Origin: Leptolyngbya sp. BL-A-14
GTDB taxonomy: Bacteria; Cyanobacteriota; Cyanobacteriia; Leptolyngbyales; Leptolyngbyaceae
Reading direction: 5' to 3'
Length of the DNA: 64,000 bases
Assembly (NCBI GenBank): GCA_041937185.1
Contig: CP166621.1
Coordinates: 2,132,571 to 2,196,570 of the forward strand
Within the stretch, counting starts at the first letter, position 1, and each line of letters starts with the position of its first letter. The notes below the pieces were generated by a model, which was given only the letters and a program-made list of their open reading frames with translations, was not told the DNA's origin and searched no databases. Of the stretch, positions 8,846 to 19,197 are shown piece after piece. Position numbers and translations under genes: made by a program.

Positions 8846-8939
8846 GAGGTACTGGAGCTATTGGTCTTGATCGCTCCCTCCTTCCTCATCTCCCTCCTCT
8901 TCCTGTTCTCCCTCAGCCCCTCATCTCCTCAAAACCTCG

Positions 8940-10475
8940 CTATGCAGTTACAGCCTCAGCCTTTTTCCACGGCGCACCAATCAGGCTCCAGGTGGGGCTA
9001 TTGAGTGCGAGATCCATGTCACGAGCGAAGATGGCAAAGCCGTCGTAACCGTGATATGGACCGGAGTAATCCCAGGAGTGCATCTGACGGAAGGGAAGCG
9101 CCATTTTTTGGAAGACGTACTTCTCTTTGATGCCAGAAGCCACCAGGTCAGGCTTCAGTTCTTTGATGAATTCCTCAAACTCAAAGGCAGAAACGTCGTC
9201 ATAGATCAGCGTGCCGTCTTCGATATAGTGCGTGGTGCGCTTGTAGTCGTCGTTGTGACCAAATTCATAGCCTGTACCGATGAGGCGCATACCCAGGTCA
9301 TAGAACGCGGGAACCACGTGACGAGGACGCAAACCACCCACCATGAGAGCAACCGTCTTGCCTTCTAACCGAGGACGGTACTTGGCAATCACCGCTGCGG
9401 TTTGAGCTTCATACTTGGCAATCACTTCTTCTGCTTTTGCCTGGATGGTTTCATCGAATCTGGCTGCTATCGTTCTTAGCGACTCAGCAATCTGTGTGGG
9501 ACCGAAGAAATTGTATTCCAACCAGGGAATCCCGTAGGTTTCTTCCATGTGGCGGGAAATGTAGTTCATCGATCGGTAGCAGTGCACCAAGTTCAACTTC
9601 ACCGATGGTGTGTTGATCATTTCGTGCAGGGTGCCATCACCCGACCATTGAGCGACAACGCGCAAGCCAATTTCTTCTAGCAAAATCCGGCTTGACCAGG
9701 CATCTCCACCAATGTTGTAGTCACCAATAATGGCAACGTCATACTCAGTGCCATCGGGAATATTGCCTGCTTTTTTCTCCTTGCCGTATTGGGGGAGCAC
9801 CCAGTCACGAACAGCATCGTTTGCAATGTGGTGACCGAGGGATTGGGAAACACCCCGGAAGCCTTCGCAACGAACGGGAACCACAGTTTTGCCAATTTCT
9901 TTCGCAGACTTTTTGGCAACCGCTTCAATGTCATCACCAATCAAACCGATGGGGCATTCTGATTGGATGGAAACGCCGCGATTAAGGGGGAAAAGTTCCT
10001 CTAATTCTGTGATCAATTTGGCGAGTTTTTTGTCACCGCCAAACACAATGTCACGTTCCTGGAAGTCAGAGGTGAACTGCATCGTGCCGAAAGAATCAAT
10101 GCCTGTGGTGCCGATGTAATAGTTGCGGCGACCCGACCAGGAGTAGTAGCCGCAGCCTACAGGACCATGGCTGATGTGGATCATGTCCTTGATGGGACCC
10201 CAAACCACCCCTTTTGATCCGGCATAGGCACAGCCTCGGGTGGTCATGGAACCAGGAACAGATTTGATGTTGGACTTAACGCCACAATCAGATTTGCCTT
10301 CTTCAAAGACGTTCAGATGCTTTTCCCGTTTTTTCTTGGCTTTATCGGGGTAAACCTCCAGAACTTCTTTAATCAGGGCTTTTTTATCAGCAGTTGTCAG
10401 TTCTTCTGTAAGCCCTTCTGGAGGGGCGATCGTGTCGAGAGTAGCGGATTCGGGAGGTGTCATATTCTGCCTCAC
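8940..10475 (-). CDS. nifD: Nitrogenase MoFe protein alpha chain
   Basis: 511 aa with the [14 protein letters not shown] and CYRSMNYI motifs for the FeMoco/P-cluster ligand regions. It is intact, with no excision element. Confidence 0.9.
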   Translation of the reverse strand: MRQNMTPPESATLDTIAPPEGLTEELTTADKKALIKEVLEVYPDKAKKKREKHLNVFEEGKSDCGVKSNIKSVPGSMTTRGCAYAGSKGVVWGPIKDMIHISHGPVGCGYYSWSGRRNYYIGTTGIDSFGTMQFTSDFQERDIVFGGDKKLAKLITELEELFPLNRGVSIQSECPIGLIGDDIEAVAKKSAKEIGKTVVPVRCEGFRGVSQSLGHHIANDAVRDWVLPQYGKEKKAGNIPDGTEYDVAIIGDYNIGGDAWSSRILLEEIGLRVVAQWSGDGTLHEMINTPSVKLNLVHCYRSMNYISRHMEETYGIPWLEYNFFGPTQIAESLRTIAARFDETIQAKAEEVIAKYEAQTAAVIAKYRPRLEGKTVALMVGGLRPRHVVPAFYDLGMRLIGTGYEFGHNDDYKRTTHYIEDGTLIYDDVSAFEFEEFIKELKPDLVASGIKEKYVFQKMALPFRQMHSWDYSGPYHGYDGFAIFARDMDLALNSPTWSLIGAPWKKAEAVTA

Positions 10476-10483
10476 TAAGTAAA

Positions 10484-10600
10484 GGATGGAGTGGGAGTGG
10501 AGGAATGGGGAGTAGGGAGTGGGGAGTGGGGAGTAGGGGAGCGGGGAAATGAGGGAGTGAACAGCCCTTTCTCCCCTAACCCCTAACCCCTACACCCATC
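10484..10600. repeat. G-rich heptamer arrays (GGGGAGT/GGGAGTG)n followed by a C-rich array (CCCCTAA)n, in the nifH-nifD spacer
   Basis: 10490-10545 reads GGAGTGGGAGTGGAGGAATGGGGAGTAGGGAGTGGGGAGTGGGGAGTAGGGGAG. 10569-10596 reads CTCCCCTAACCCCTAACCCCTACACC. The GGGGAG and CTCCCC tracts are mutually complementary. Confidence 0.8.
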
Positions 10601-10609
10601 ACCTCAGAA

Positions 10610-11584
<975 letters not shown>

Positions 11585-11666
11585 TTAGACGGCTGGGTTG
11601 GAGCGTTGGAATCAATCGCGGTCGGGGGCGATCGCCCAACCGGAAAACGGCTTAACAAAAGGAACT

Positions 11667-12566
11667 TCATGCAACTGCTTCAACCACCAGGTTGGGTAAA
11701 ACACGTTCTCGTAACCGAACTTCGATCGCGTTTTTGAGGGTTGCGGTACTGCTTTCACAGGAGCCACAGGCACCTTTCAAGACAACTTTGACGGTGTCTC
11801 CATCCAGGTCATAGAGTTCAACATCACCACCATCCGCTAGCAAGACTGGGCGAACCTCTTGCAACACGGTTTGAATAAGGCTGATTTTTTGAACCGTTGT
11901 GAGAGCACGATTTTGGGACTGAGCCGTCGCAATTTCTGCTGCGACTCTGGCAGCCGTTGCTTCTTTTTCTTGCTGCACTGTCGCAATCAGATCTTCAATG
12001 GCAGCACCACAGGAACTACAGCCACCACCAGCTTTGACATAACTGGTAACTTGCTCTACCGTGGTCAAATTGTTTTCAATCACCACACGGCGAATTCTGT
12101 TTTCGCTGACACCAAAGCAGCTACAAACTAATGCGCCATCATCATCTTCGTGATGTTCAATTTCAATGCCACGGTATTTGTAAATGGCTGCTTCCAATGC
12201 TTCCTGTCCCATCACAGAGCAGTGCATTTTTTCTTCCGGTAAACCACCTAAGTACTCTGCAATATCACGATTGCTAATATTGAGGGCTGCATCTAAGGTG
12301 ATGCCTTTGATAATTTCGGTCAGTGCAGACGACGAGGCGATCGCGCTGGTGCAACCAAAGGTTTGAAAGCGAGCATCCAGAATTTTGTCAGCCTCGACTT
12401 CAATCTTAAGGTGTAGTCTCAAAGCATCACCACACGCAATGCTGCCGACTTCGCCATACACAACGGCAACTCCAGCTTCATTGGGGTCTTCGATCGCGCC
12501 TTGATTCTTCGGGTTATAGAACAGATCCAGTACTTTATCGGTGTAGTCCCACATGGCAGTTACCAA
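11667..12566 (-). CDS. nifU: Fe-S cluster assembly scaffold protein NifU
   Basis: 299 aa with an N-terminal IscU-like domain (GSIACGDALRLHLK), a central 2Fe-2S Cys cluster and a C-terminal Nfu-like CxxC (GACGSC). Confidence 0.9.
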   Translation of the reverse strand: MVTAMWDYTDKVLDLFYNPKNQGAIEDPNEAGVAVVYGEVGSIACGDALRLHLKIEVEADKILDARFQTFGCTSAIASSSALTEIIKGITLDAALNISNRDIAEYLGGLPEEKMHCSVMGQEALEAAIYKYRGIEIEHHEDDDGALVCSCFGVSENRIRRVVIENNLTTVEQVTSYVKAGGGCSSCGAAIEDLIATVQQEKEATAARVAAEIATAQSQNRALTTVQKISLIQTVLQEVRPVLLADGGDVELYDLDGDTVKVVLKGACGSCESSTATLKNAIEVRLRERVLPNLVVEAVA

Positions 12567-12569
12567 TTA

Positions 12570-12738
12570 TGAGTTTTGAGTTTTGAGTGATGAGTTAGGA
12601 GGGCTGAGTGATGAGTTAGGAATGATGAGTTTTGAGTTAAGAGTTAGGAATGATGAGTTTTGAGTTGTGAGTGTCGAATACAGATACAAGTACTGAGTGT
12701 TGAGCAAACTTCCAAACTCAAAACTCAAAACTCTTAAC
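12570..12738. repeat. nifU-nifS spacer flanked by inverted heptamer arrays: (GAGTTTT)n at the left end and (CAAAACT/ACTCAAA)n at the right end, around GAGTTAGGA-type repeats
   Basis: 12571-12596 reads GAGTTTTGAGTTTTGAGTGATGAG. 12711-12748 reads CAAACTCAAAACTCAAAACTCTTAACTCAAAACTTTCC. The two ends are reverse complements, so a long-range stem is possible. Confidence 0.8.
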
Positions 12739-13941
12739 TCAAAACTTTCCTACCAACGCTTCTTCACGGTCTTGCAGCCATTCAGCCTGGTCGTTGTTAA
12801 AGGGCGACATCGCGCGGAGGCGTTCCACAATACCGGGCATAACTTCTAGAACGCGATCGACATCCGCATCGGTGGTGTAGCGGGAAAGGCTGAACCGGAT
12901 GGAGCCGTGCAGCGTGGTGTAAGGCAAACCCATCGCTCGTAGAACATGGGATGGTTCTAAAGAGCCAGAGGTGCAGGCGGAACCGGAGGACGCACAAATA
13001 CCGAAGTGATCTAAAGAAAGGAGGATGGCTTCGCCTTCGATGTATTTGAAGCCGATGTTGGTGGTGTTGGGAAGGCGGTTTTTGCGATCGCCATTGATTT
13101 CGGTCTCGGAAATCGCTAATAATCCTTTCTCTAAGCGGTCACGGAGCTTTTTCTCGGTTGCCACATCTGCTAAATGGAGTTGCGCCAACTCTGCGGCTTT
13201 ACCCAGACCCACAATGCCAGCCACATTCTCTGTTCCAGCTCTGCGTCCTCGTTCCTGGTGTCCACCAATCAGCAAAGGGCGGAAGCGAAAGCCTCGTCGG
13301 ACAAACAGGGCACCCACCCCTTTGGGAGCGTGTAGTTTGTGACCGGAAATGGTCATGAGATCAATGGTGCTGGTTTTCATGTTCAGGGGCAGCTTGCCAG
13401 CTACCTGTACCGCATCCACATGGAAGGTCGCTCCGTATTCTTTGGCGATCTCCCCTGCTTGCTCCACTGGAAACACGGTGCCCGTCTCGTTGTTGGCATA
13501 CATCATGGAAACCAGCGCTGTATTGCCCGTAATCGCCGCTTCTAGCTCCATCAGGTCAATTTGACCCTTACGGTCTACCGAGAGGTATGTGACGGTGTAG
13601 CCCTGTTTTTCGAGCTGTTTGAAGAGATTCAGGACACAGGCATGTTCGACCTGGGTTGTAATCAGATGTTTGCGATCGGGTTGAGCGGCGATCGCGGCAC
13701 GAATCGCGGTGTTGTTGCCCTCAGTGCCGCAACTGGTGAAGATGATTTCAGACTCCTCAGCCCCCAACAAGGAAGCAACCTGACCACGTGCTTGCTTGAG
13801 AGCTTTGCCGACCTGTCCACCAAAGCTGTGCATGGAGGAAGGATTGCCGTAAAACTGGGTGAGGTAGGGCAGAATTGCTTCCACTACTGCCGGATCAACC
13901 TGCGTCGTAGCGTTGTTGTCGAGATAAATGACTGAGTTCAT
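12739..13941 (-). CDS. nifS: Cysteine desulfurase NifS (class V aminotransferase)
   Basis: 400 aa. It has the PLP-lysine region (ISGHKLHAPKGVGAL) and the active Cys loop (SSGSACTSGSLEPSHV). It lies between fdxN and nifU. Confidence 0.9.
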   Translation of the reverse strand: MNSVIYLDNNATTQVDPAVVEAILPYLTQFYGNPSSMHSFGGQVGKALKQARGQVASLLGAEESEIIFTSCGTEGNNTAIRAAIAAQPDRKHLITTQVEHACVLNLFKQLEKQGYTVTYLSVDRKGQIDLMELEAAITGNTALVSMMYANNETGTVFPVEQAGEIAKEYGATFHVDAVQVAGKLPLNMKTSTIDLMTISGHKLHAPKGVGALFVRRGFRFRPLLIGGHQERGRRAGTENVAGIVGLGKAAELAQLHLADVATEKKLRDRLEKGLLAISETEINGDRKNRLPNTTNIGFKYIEGEAILLSLDHFGICASSGSACTSGSLEPSHVLRAMGLPYTTLHGSIRFSLSRYTTDADVDRVLEVMPGIVERLRAMSPFNNDQAEWLQDREEALVGKF

Positions 13942-14318
13942 GCGTTGACTCCCACAGATGTAGGGGGGTGTAGTTGTTTCGATAAAGCTTGGGAATAGGT
14001 GTCAAACCAGCGTTGCCAGTAGTCAGACTGTGGCTTAGCGCTTAATTGCGATACCAGGTGGTGATAGGTGTGGAACCAGGTGTCCCAGTAGTCGGTGGAA
14101 GGTTGGGGCGATCGAGAGACGTTTTCCAGGTCTGGAAGACATCCGCCATTCGTGGGGCAGACTGCCCAGCATTGAGGTACAGCGTAATAGCCCAGACAAT
14201 CGTTACAGCGTTCAGAATTGATTTGATAGTGATGTTCATTTCGGGTGATTGCCCCAGTCGGGCAAAGCGATTCACAACGATGACACTCAATGCACTGACT
14301 CGTAATGACGTAGGCCAT
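13938..14318 (-). CDS. fdxN: 2x[4Fe-4S] bacterial-type ferredoxin FdxN
   Basis: Start at MAYVITSQCIECHRCESLCPTGAI (reverse complement ATG 14316-14318, AGGAGG Shine-Dalgarno 6 nt upstream). A second cluster motif CNDC...C...CP follows. The ORF-track start at 14456 is an artefact of reading through the heptamer repeats. Intact, with no insertion element. Confidence 0.8.
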   Translation of the reverse strand: MAYVITSQCIECHRCESLCPTGAITRNEHHYQINSERCNDCLGYYAVPQCWAVCPTNGGCLPDLENVSRSPQPSTDYWDTWFHTYHHLVSQLSAKPQSDYWQRWFDTYSQALSKQLHPPTSVGVNA

Positions 14319-14343
14319 AACAACCTCCTGAAGAAGTTGAGAA

Positions 14344-14415
14344 TTTTGAGTTTTGAGTTTTGAGTTTTGAATGCCATTCTTTAACTCAAAACTCAAAACT
14401 TTTAACTCAAAACTC
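14344..14415. repeat. Inverted heptamer arrays forming a strong hairpin in the nifB-fdxN spacer: (GAGTTTT)3-4, a 15-nt loop, then (ACTCAAA)n
   Basis: 14356-14370 pairs perfectly with 14386-14400 (14 bp, extendable with a G-U pair). Read directly from the sequence. Confidence 0.85.
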
Positions 14416-15885
14416 TGTGACGTGCTGGTCGTAGAACTCGCGTGCCACTTTTTCAATCACGTCGTAGGCTTCTACCACTTGCAGACCAGATTCTCGTAGT
14501 TCCGCTTTCGGGCATTCACCCACTTTGGAAACGAGAACGGCTTTGCAATCTGCGATCGCCTTGATCACATGCTCCAGCGTGGCGTCTTCGCCATAACCGC
14601 CCTGGCAGTATTGGTCAATCTTGCGGTGTCCCACAAACTTCGCTTCGTTGGCATCCACTTCAAAGATTTGGAACTCTTTCGCATGGCCAAAGTGCTGGTT
14701 CACAATGCCACCACCCTTGGTTGCCACCGCTACCAGAATCTTGGGACTGTTCTTAATCCGCTCACTGGGCTTGACTCTAGCTTTGGCTAGCTTGATTTCT
14801 TCTTTGAAGTGTTCAATACCTGCCTGGACTTCTTGCCGCAGTTCCAGGTCGTACTGTTCCGGCATTTCCATAAACTTATCTTTGGTGAATTCCTGGCTAC
14901 GGTCTTCACCCAGCAAGCCGACTGCATCGGCACGGCATTGACGGCAGTGGCGCATCATTTTCATGTTGCTGTCAGCGCACTCGTCTTGCAGCTTTTTCAA
15001 TTCTTTGGGTGTGGGACCCCGTTGTCCCGTTAGACCAAAGTGGGTGCCGTGTTCAGGAGCCGAAATCAGCGGCATGATGTTGTGCAAGAAGGCACCTTTT
15101 TCGCGGATCACCTGATCCACTTCTGCCAGGTGCTCGTCGTTAATGCCGGGAATCATCACCGAATTCACTTTGCATAGAATGTCGGCTTCACGCAGGGCTT
15201 GCAAGCCTTCCATCTGCCGTTCATGAAGAATGCGAGCAGCTTCTAAGCCCTTGTAGCGTCTGCGGCGATAGTGTACCCAGGGATAAATCTTGGTGCCGAT
15301 TTCGGGATCCACCATATTAATCGTGATGGTGACATGATCCACATTGAGCGCTTTGATTTTATCCACATGATCCGGCAGCATTAAACCATTGGTTGAGAGG
15401 CACAATTTAATATCGGGTGCCTTGTCAGCAATTAACTCAAAGGTACGGAAGGTCTTTTCAGGGTTCGCCAATGGATCACCAGGACCCGCAATCCCTAACA
15501 CGGTCATTTGGGGAATCTTGCCTGCAATCACCAGTGCCTTGTGGGCAGCTTCTTCAGGGGTTAACAACTCACTCACCACACCAGGGCGGCTTTCGTTCGC
15601 ACAGTCATACTTCCGATTACAGTAGTTGCATTGAATGTTGCAGGCAGGTGCAACTGCAACGTGCATCCGGGCATAGTGATGATGCGCTTCTTCGCTGTAG
15701 CAGGGGTGCTTAGAAATGCGATCGAGCATCTTTTGGTCAAGGCTGGGTGCAGCGCTGGTATTGCTGCTACAACCACAACTATCGTCACTCTTTTTCTGCG
15801 TCACCGTGTTTTTAGTGATCACGATATCCGTAGCAGGCTGCGTTTCTGGAGGAGACAGAAGTCCTGAAGCTGGTGGTGGTGTCAT
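14407..15885 (-). CDS. nifB: Radical SAM FeMo-cofactor biosynthesis protein NifB
   Basis: 492 aa with the radical [17 protein letters not shown] motif and a C-terminal NifX-like domain. First gene of the minus-strand nif operon. Confidence 0.9.
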   Translation of the reverse strand: MTPPPASGLLSPPETQPATDIVITKNTVTQKKSDDSCGCSSNTSAAPSLDQKMLDRISKHPCYSEEAHHHYARMHVAVAPACNIQCNYCNRKYDCANESRPGVVSELLTPEEAAHKALVIAGKIPQMTVLGIAGPGDPLANPEKTFRTFELIADKAPDIKLCLSTNGLMLPDHVDKIKALNVDHVTITINMVDPEIGTKIYPWVHYRRRRYKGLEAARILHERQMEGLQALREADILCKVNSVMIPGINDEHLAEVDQVIREKGAFLHNIMPLISAPEHGTHFGLTGQRGPTPKELKKLQDECADSNMKMMRHCRQCRADAVGLLGEDRSQEFTKDKFMEMPEQYDLELRQEVQAGIEHFKEEIKLAKARVKPSERIKNSPKILVAVATKGGGIVNQHFGHAKEFQIFEVDANEAKFVGHRKIDQYCQGGYGEDATLEHVIKAIADCKAVLVSKVGECPKAELRESGLQVVEAYDVIEKVAREFYDQHVTEF

Positions 15886-17053
15886 TGAATTTCGGCAGGG
15901 CTAAGTGGACAGCGCCACCGAGAAAGACGACTACTCCATACCTCTAAAAAACGATTGAAGCCACTGGTTACAGACAACCTACCAATGCAGGCTAGAAGTG
16001 CTGTGTCGTCCACCTGGGAGCGACTGATTAATGCTGTGGCACAGCGGCTTCATCTCGATTTATAGACAAAGTGTGGCGCAGTTACGTCGTCCTCTCATCG
16101 CCTCTCTAACCGTGAAACCCGAATTTGCGCTTGATTGGAAGAGCGCTTGGTTGGAAGAACCTGTGCTTCTGGTTTGGAGAGTTGAGTGATTGGCGTTGTG
16201 AGAGTTATAGCAACCGTTCAAAAGTGACCCAATGCTGCCAGCCTCGGTAAGAGTTATTGAATTTATTAGTTCGTACTCAAACACCTAAACCCAAAGCAAA
16301 TCGGCACTCCATTTTTTTTTAAGGGTTGGGGTGCGAGTATTTTTTAACGCAGGAGTGAGTATTTTTTGAGCAGGGAAGTAGCATTTCTTGTACTCAGCTC
16401 AAAAGCTTACCCAATCGGAGTTTAGGGCTATTTTTTTGTTGTTTTTTAAGTCGAGCGACGTGTACTCAAACACGACTCAAAAGCGTTCAAAAGCTAGTGA
16501 AGACGAAGCATTTAATCGGTTTTCGATTGACTTTTTGATAAAAAGCCGGGAGCAAACGGTATAGGATCGCTCCCAGCAAGATCCGAAATTCAATTCTGTA
16601 TCTAAATTAGCACTTTTTCTGAAAAATTCAATTCTGTATCTAAATTAGCACTTTGCTCAAAATGAGCGTCGTGGCTGTAACCATTTCTTCAACTTTGTTC
16701 AGAGCGAACATAACTATATTATAAATAGATAGCTTTGATACAGAAACGCCATTTTGAGTACAGGATTCAGAGCAGCGTATTTAAGTTGATAGTTTTCTCT
16801 AAAGCCCAGAAGTATTGAGTTTTACGGTGAGTACTCAAATACTTGCGCCTGCTTCAATTAATACCAGTCCCCTGATGCAAAAATACTCGTTCCTCACCCC
16901 TTAAAAAAATAAAACGTCCTCCCAGATAAGGGTTTGAGGATTGAGTACAGCACTAATTAATTCAATAACTCTGATTTGGGCTGCTGGTTCTGCTCCACTT
17001 TCTCCCGCCTGATATAAGCAGGGGAACAGAACACCGTTGGTCATCTAAAAGCG
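15886..17053. promoter_or_regulatory. 1.17-kb non-coding divergent control region between nifB and nifP; AT-rich with repeated GTACTCAAA(C/T)AC and TTGAGTACAG motifs
   Basis: GTACTCAAACAC occurs at 16274 and 16464, and GTACTCAAATAC at 16833. TTGAGTACAG occurs at about 16755 and 16940. GAGTATTTTTT occurs twice (16335, 16367). No convincing ORF is present. Confidence 0.6.
16586..16654 (+). repeat. Perfect 31-bp tandem direct repeat AAATTCAATTCTGTATCTAAATTAGCACTTT (x2, period 38 bp) inside the nifB/nifP control region
   Basis: Copies at 16586-16616 and 16624-16654, read directly and identical at every position. Confidence 0.9.
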
Positions 17054-17836
17054 ATGCAGCACCCTCTTACCGCTCTCTTATCTCCCCTGCCGCTGGCTTT
17101 TGCAAAAAACCCTTCGCAGAAAGCGGCGTTCTCAACAAAAGGATCTGACTGCCAGCACGATCGAGGTCAGAACTCCAATGCTTTAAGGGCAGGATGGCAA
17201 ACGCTGAAAGAAGATTTTCGCATCATCTTTGATCGCGACCCGGCTGCCCATCATTGGTTAGAGGTCATGTGCTGCTATCCTGGCCTCCATGCGATCGCCC
17301 TCTATCGTCTGGCTCACTGGCTCTACCGCCATCACGTTGTATTCATTCCCCGATTTCTTTCCCATCTAACTCGGTTTCTGACCGGCATTGAAATTCATCC
17401 AGGCGCAACCATCGGGAAAGGAGTCTTCATCGACCACGGTATGGGTGTGGTGATTGGAGAAACCGCGATCGTCGGTGATTACTGTTTGATTTACCAGGGC
17501 GTGACGCTGGGTGGTACGGGCAAAGAAATCGGCAAACGACATCCGACGCTGGGTCAGCATGTTGTAGTCGGTGCTGGAGCCAAAATTCTAGGCAACATTC
17601 ACATTGGCGATTACGCCCGTATTGGTGCTGGATCGATCGTACTGCGAGCCGTACCATCCCATTGCACCGCTGTTGGTGTTCCTGGTCGTAATATTGCTCG
17701 CACCAATACGCCAACCTGTCCACTTGAGCATGGGCAAGTTCCTGATGCTGAAGCGATCGCCATCAAAACTTTGCTCGATCGCATTGAATTGCTAGAACAA
17801 CAAGTTCAACAATTAACCCAACATCCTACTCCCTAA
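17054..17836 (+). CDS. nifP: Serine O-acetyltransferase, nif-associated (NifP/CysE-like)
   Basis: 260 aa with hexapeptide-repeat left-handed beta-helix signatures ([32 protein letters not shown]...[24 protein letters not shown]). Divergent from nifB, as nifP/cysE2 is in nonheterocystous cyanobacterial nif clusters. Confidence 0.8.
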   Translation: MQHPLTALLSPLPLAFAKNPSQKAAFSTKGSDCQHDRGQNSNALRAGWQTLKEDFRIIFDRDPAAHHWLEVMCCYPGLHAIALYRLAHWLYRHHVVFIPRFLSHLTRFLTGIEIHPGATIGKGVFIDHGMGVVIGETAIVGDYCLIYQGVTLGGTGKEIGKRHPTLGQHVVVGAGAKILGNIHIGDYARIGAGSIVLRAVPSHCTAVGVPGRNIARTNTPTCPLEHGQVPDAEAIAIKTLLDRIELLEQQVQQLTQHPTP

Positions 17837-17855
17837 CCCTGTCGAGGCAACGCCC

Positions 17856-18146
17856 ATGTCACCCCTTTCCCCTGCAAACCCTGGCACCAGCCAAATAAAT
17901 GAGCAAGCGCTCAATATCTCTGTCGCTCATGTTGTTTCTGTCCCGCGTATCGATCGTTGGCGCATTTACTACCGGCTTCAAGAACTCATGATTCCTTGCT
18001 GGTGCCTGGAAGATGGCTCGCTACGGGTCGAAATACAAAATGGCATGGGCGCACTGCTTTTACGAAGTGTGGTTCAGCAATTCGTGGCCTCACGCCAGGA
18101 GATGGTGAATTGGCTGGAACGCTGTTGGGATGCTGAAATGCAGTGA
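17856..18146 (+). CDS. Small conserved hypothetical protein in the nifP-dpsA operon (orf84-like position)
   Basis: 96 aa with CWC and CW Cys motifs. It lies 19 nt after nifP. Annotation is by position only. Confidence 0.45.
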   Translation: MSPLSPANPGTSQINEQALNISVAHVVSVPRIDRWRIYYRLQELMIPCWCLEDGSLRVEIQNGMGALLLRSVVQQFVASRQEMVNWLERCWDAEMQ

Positions 18147-18240
18147 TGGGTTAAACAGAGAACGGATGGGTCATTCATCCTCCCACCTTCCTACACTCTC
18201 TCTTTCAATTGAATTCTACTAAACCAAAGGAAACCTCCAG

Positions 18241-18786
18241 ATGACACAAGTACTCGTACAAACCTTTGAGCACGTGCAAACAAACCCGATCGGCTTAGAG
18301 CAGGACGTGACTGTTCCAGTCTGTGAAGGCATCAATATCGTGTTTGCTAGCTTTCAGGCACTCTACTTGCAATACCAGAAGCATCATTTTGTCGTAGAAG
18401 GGGCAGAGTTTTACTCGTTACATGCATTTTTTGCTGAAAGCTACGGGCAAGTTCAGTCCTATATTCACCAACTGGGCGAACGCTTGAATGGTTTAGGCGG
18501 TGTCCCGGCGGCCAGCTTTAGCAAGTTAGCAGAACTCTGTTGCTTTACACCAGAACCCGATGGCATTTTCACAGCCCGGAAGATGGTAGAAAACGACTTG
18601 CAAGCAGAGCAGGCATTGATTGATTTACTGCGACGACAAGCAGCACAGGCAGAGAGCGTTGGCGATCGTGCCACTCGGTATCTTTATGAGCAATTTCTCT
18701 TGCAAACTGAAGATCGTGCGTTCCATTTGGCTCATTTTCTTGCTGAAGATAGCCTGACATTTGCTTTCATGAACGGACATAAATAG
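18241..18786 (+). CDS. dpsA: Dps-family DNA-binding ferritin-like protein
   Basis: 181 aa with Dps ferroxidase-centre residues in helices ([12 protein letters not shown]...HQLGERL...[16 protein letters not shown]). dpsA is known in this position in Leptolyngbya-type nif clusters. Confidence 0.8.
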   Translation: MTQVLVQTFEHVQTNPIGLEQDVTVPVCEGINIVFASFQALYLQYQKHHFVVEGAEFYSLHAFFAESYGQVQSYIHQLGERLNGLGGVPAASFSKLAELCCFTPEPDGIFTARKMVENDLQAEQALIDLLRRQAAQAESVGDRATRYLYEQFLLQTEDRAFHLAHFLAEDSLTFAFMNGHK

Positions 18787-18793
18787 TGGAATA

Positions 18794-18830
18794 GTTTTGA
18801 GTAGCGCTTTGCGCCGACAAGCTAGAGAGT
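18794..18830 (-). repeat. Copy 2 (reverse orientation) of the 39-bp dispersed repeat
   Basis: aGTTTTGAGTAGCGCTTTGCGCCGACAAGCTAGAGAGT is the reverse complement of the 904-942 element, immediately after the dpsA stop. Confidence 0.8.
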
Positions 18831-19008
18831 TTTGAATTGAGTAATCAGGTCTTACTAAAGGTCATGCTTGACCGCAAAGCCCGGGAGCGATTGAACCTAA
18901 CAAAGCTACCCATCTCTAGCTCTGGGACAAAGAAGTAAATCCTGTGAATCAATTCTCACTCAAAACTCAAAACTCAAAACTCAACACGTATTAACAGGGG
19001 AGGCATCA

Positions 19009-19197
19009 ATGAGCAGCAACACACAATTGATTCAGTTTCTACAGCAGGAATTGTCTATCTCAGCCGCTGAAATTGACGTGTTGCTGCACCATCCTGAACA
19101 GGCTCATGCGCCACTGCCAATGGTGCTCTGGCAGTATGGGCTGATTACACTGCAACAACTAGCACAAATTTTTGACTGGCTAGAAGCACGACTTTAA
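19009..19197 (+). CDS. Small conserved cyanobacterial protein (DUF2949-like; assignment uncertain)
   Basis: 62 aa, MSSNTQLIQFLQQELSISAAEIDVLL...LWQYGLITLQQLAQIFDWLE. Preceded by a GGGGAGG Shine-Dalgarno. Confidence 0.4.
   Translation: MSSNTQLIQFLQQELSISAAEIDVLLHHPEQAHAPLPMVLWQYGLITLQQLAQIFDWLEARL

Noticed and set aside
8782-9048. 88-aa plus-strand ORF (MGAMGRLGRLGKLGRLGRL...)
   Set aside because: It is the translation of the (GGGAGGCTA)n nonamer array and then runs antisense into nifD.
14319-14456. N-terminal extension of fdxN in the ORF track, overlapping the nifB end
   Set aside because: The extra 46 codons read through (GAGTTTT)n repeats. The real start is MAYVITSQC with an AGGAGG Shine-Dalgarno at 14324-14329.
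16060-16284. 74-aa minus-strand ORF inside the nifB/nifP intergenic region
   Set aside because: It is short with no motifs or Shine-Dalgarno, and its start sits at the edge of the motif-rich control region. It is most likely non-coding, though a micro-protein cannot be fully excluded without ribosome profiling.
15886-17053. Expected cnfR/patB regulator gene between nifB and nifP
   Set aside because: No ORF with 4Fe-4S ferredoxin Cys motifs or an HTH exists in any frame here. The region is treated as regulatory DNA.
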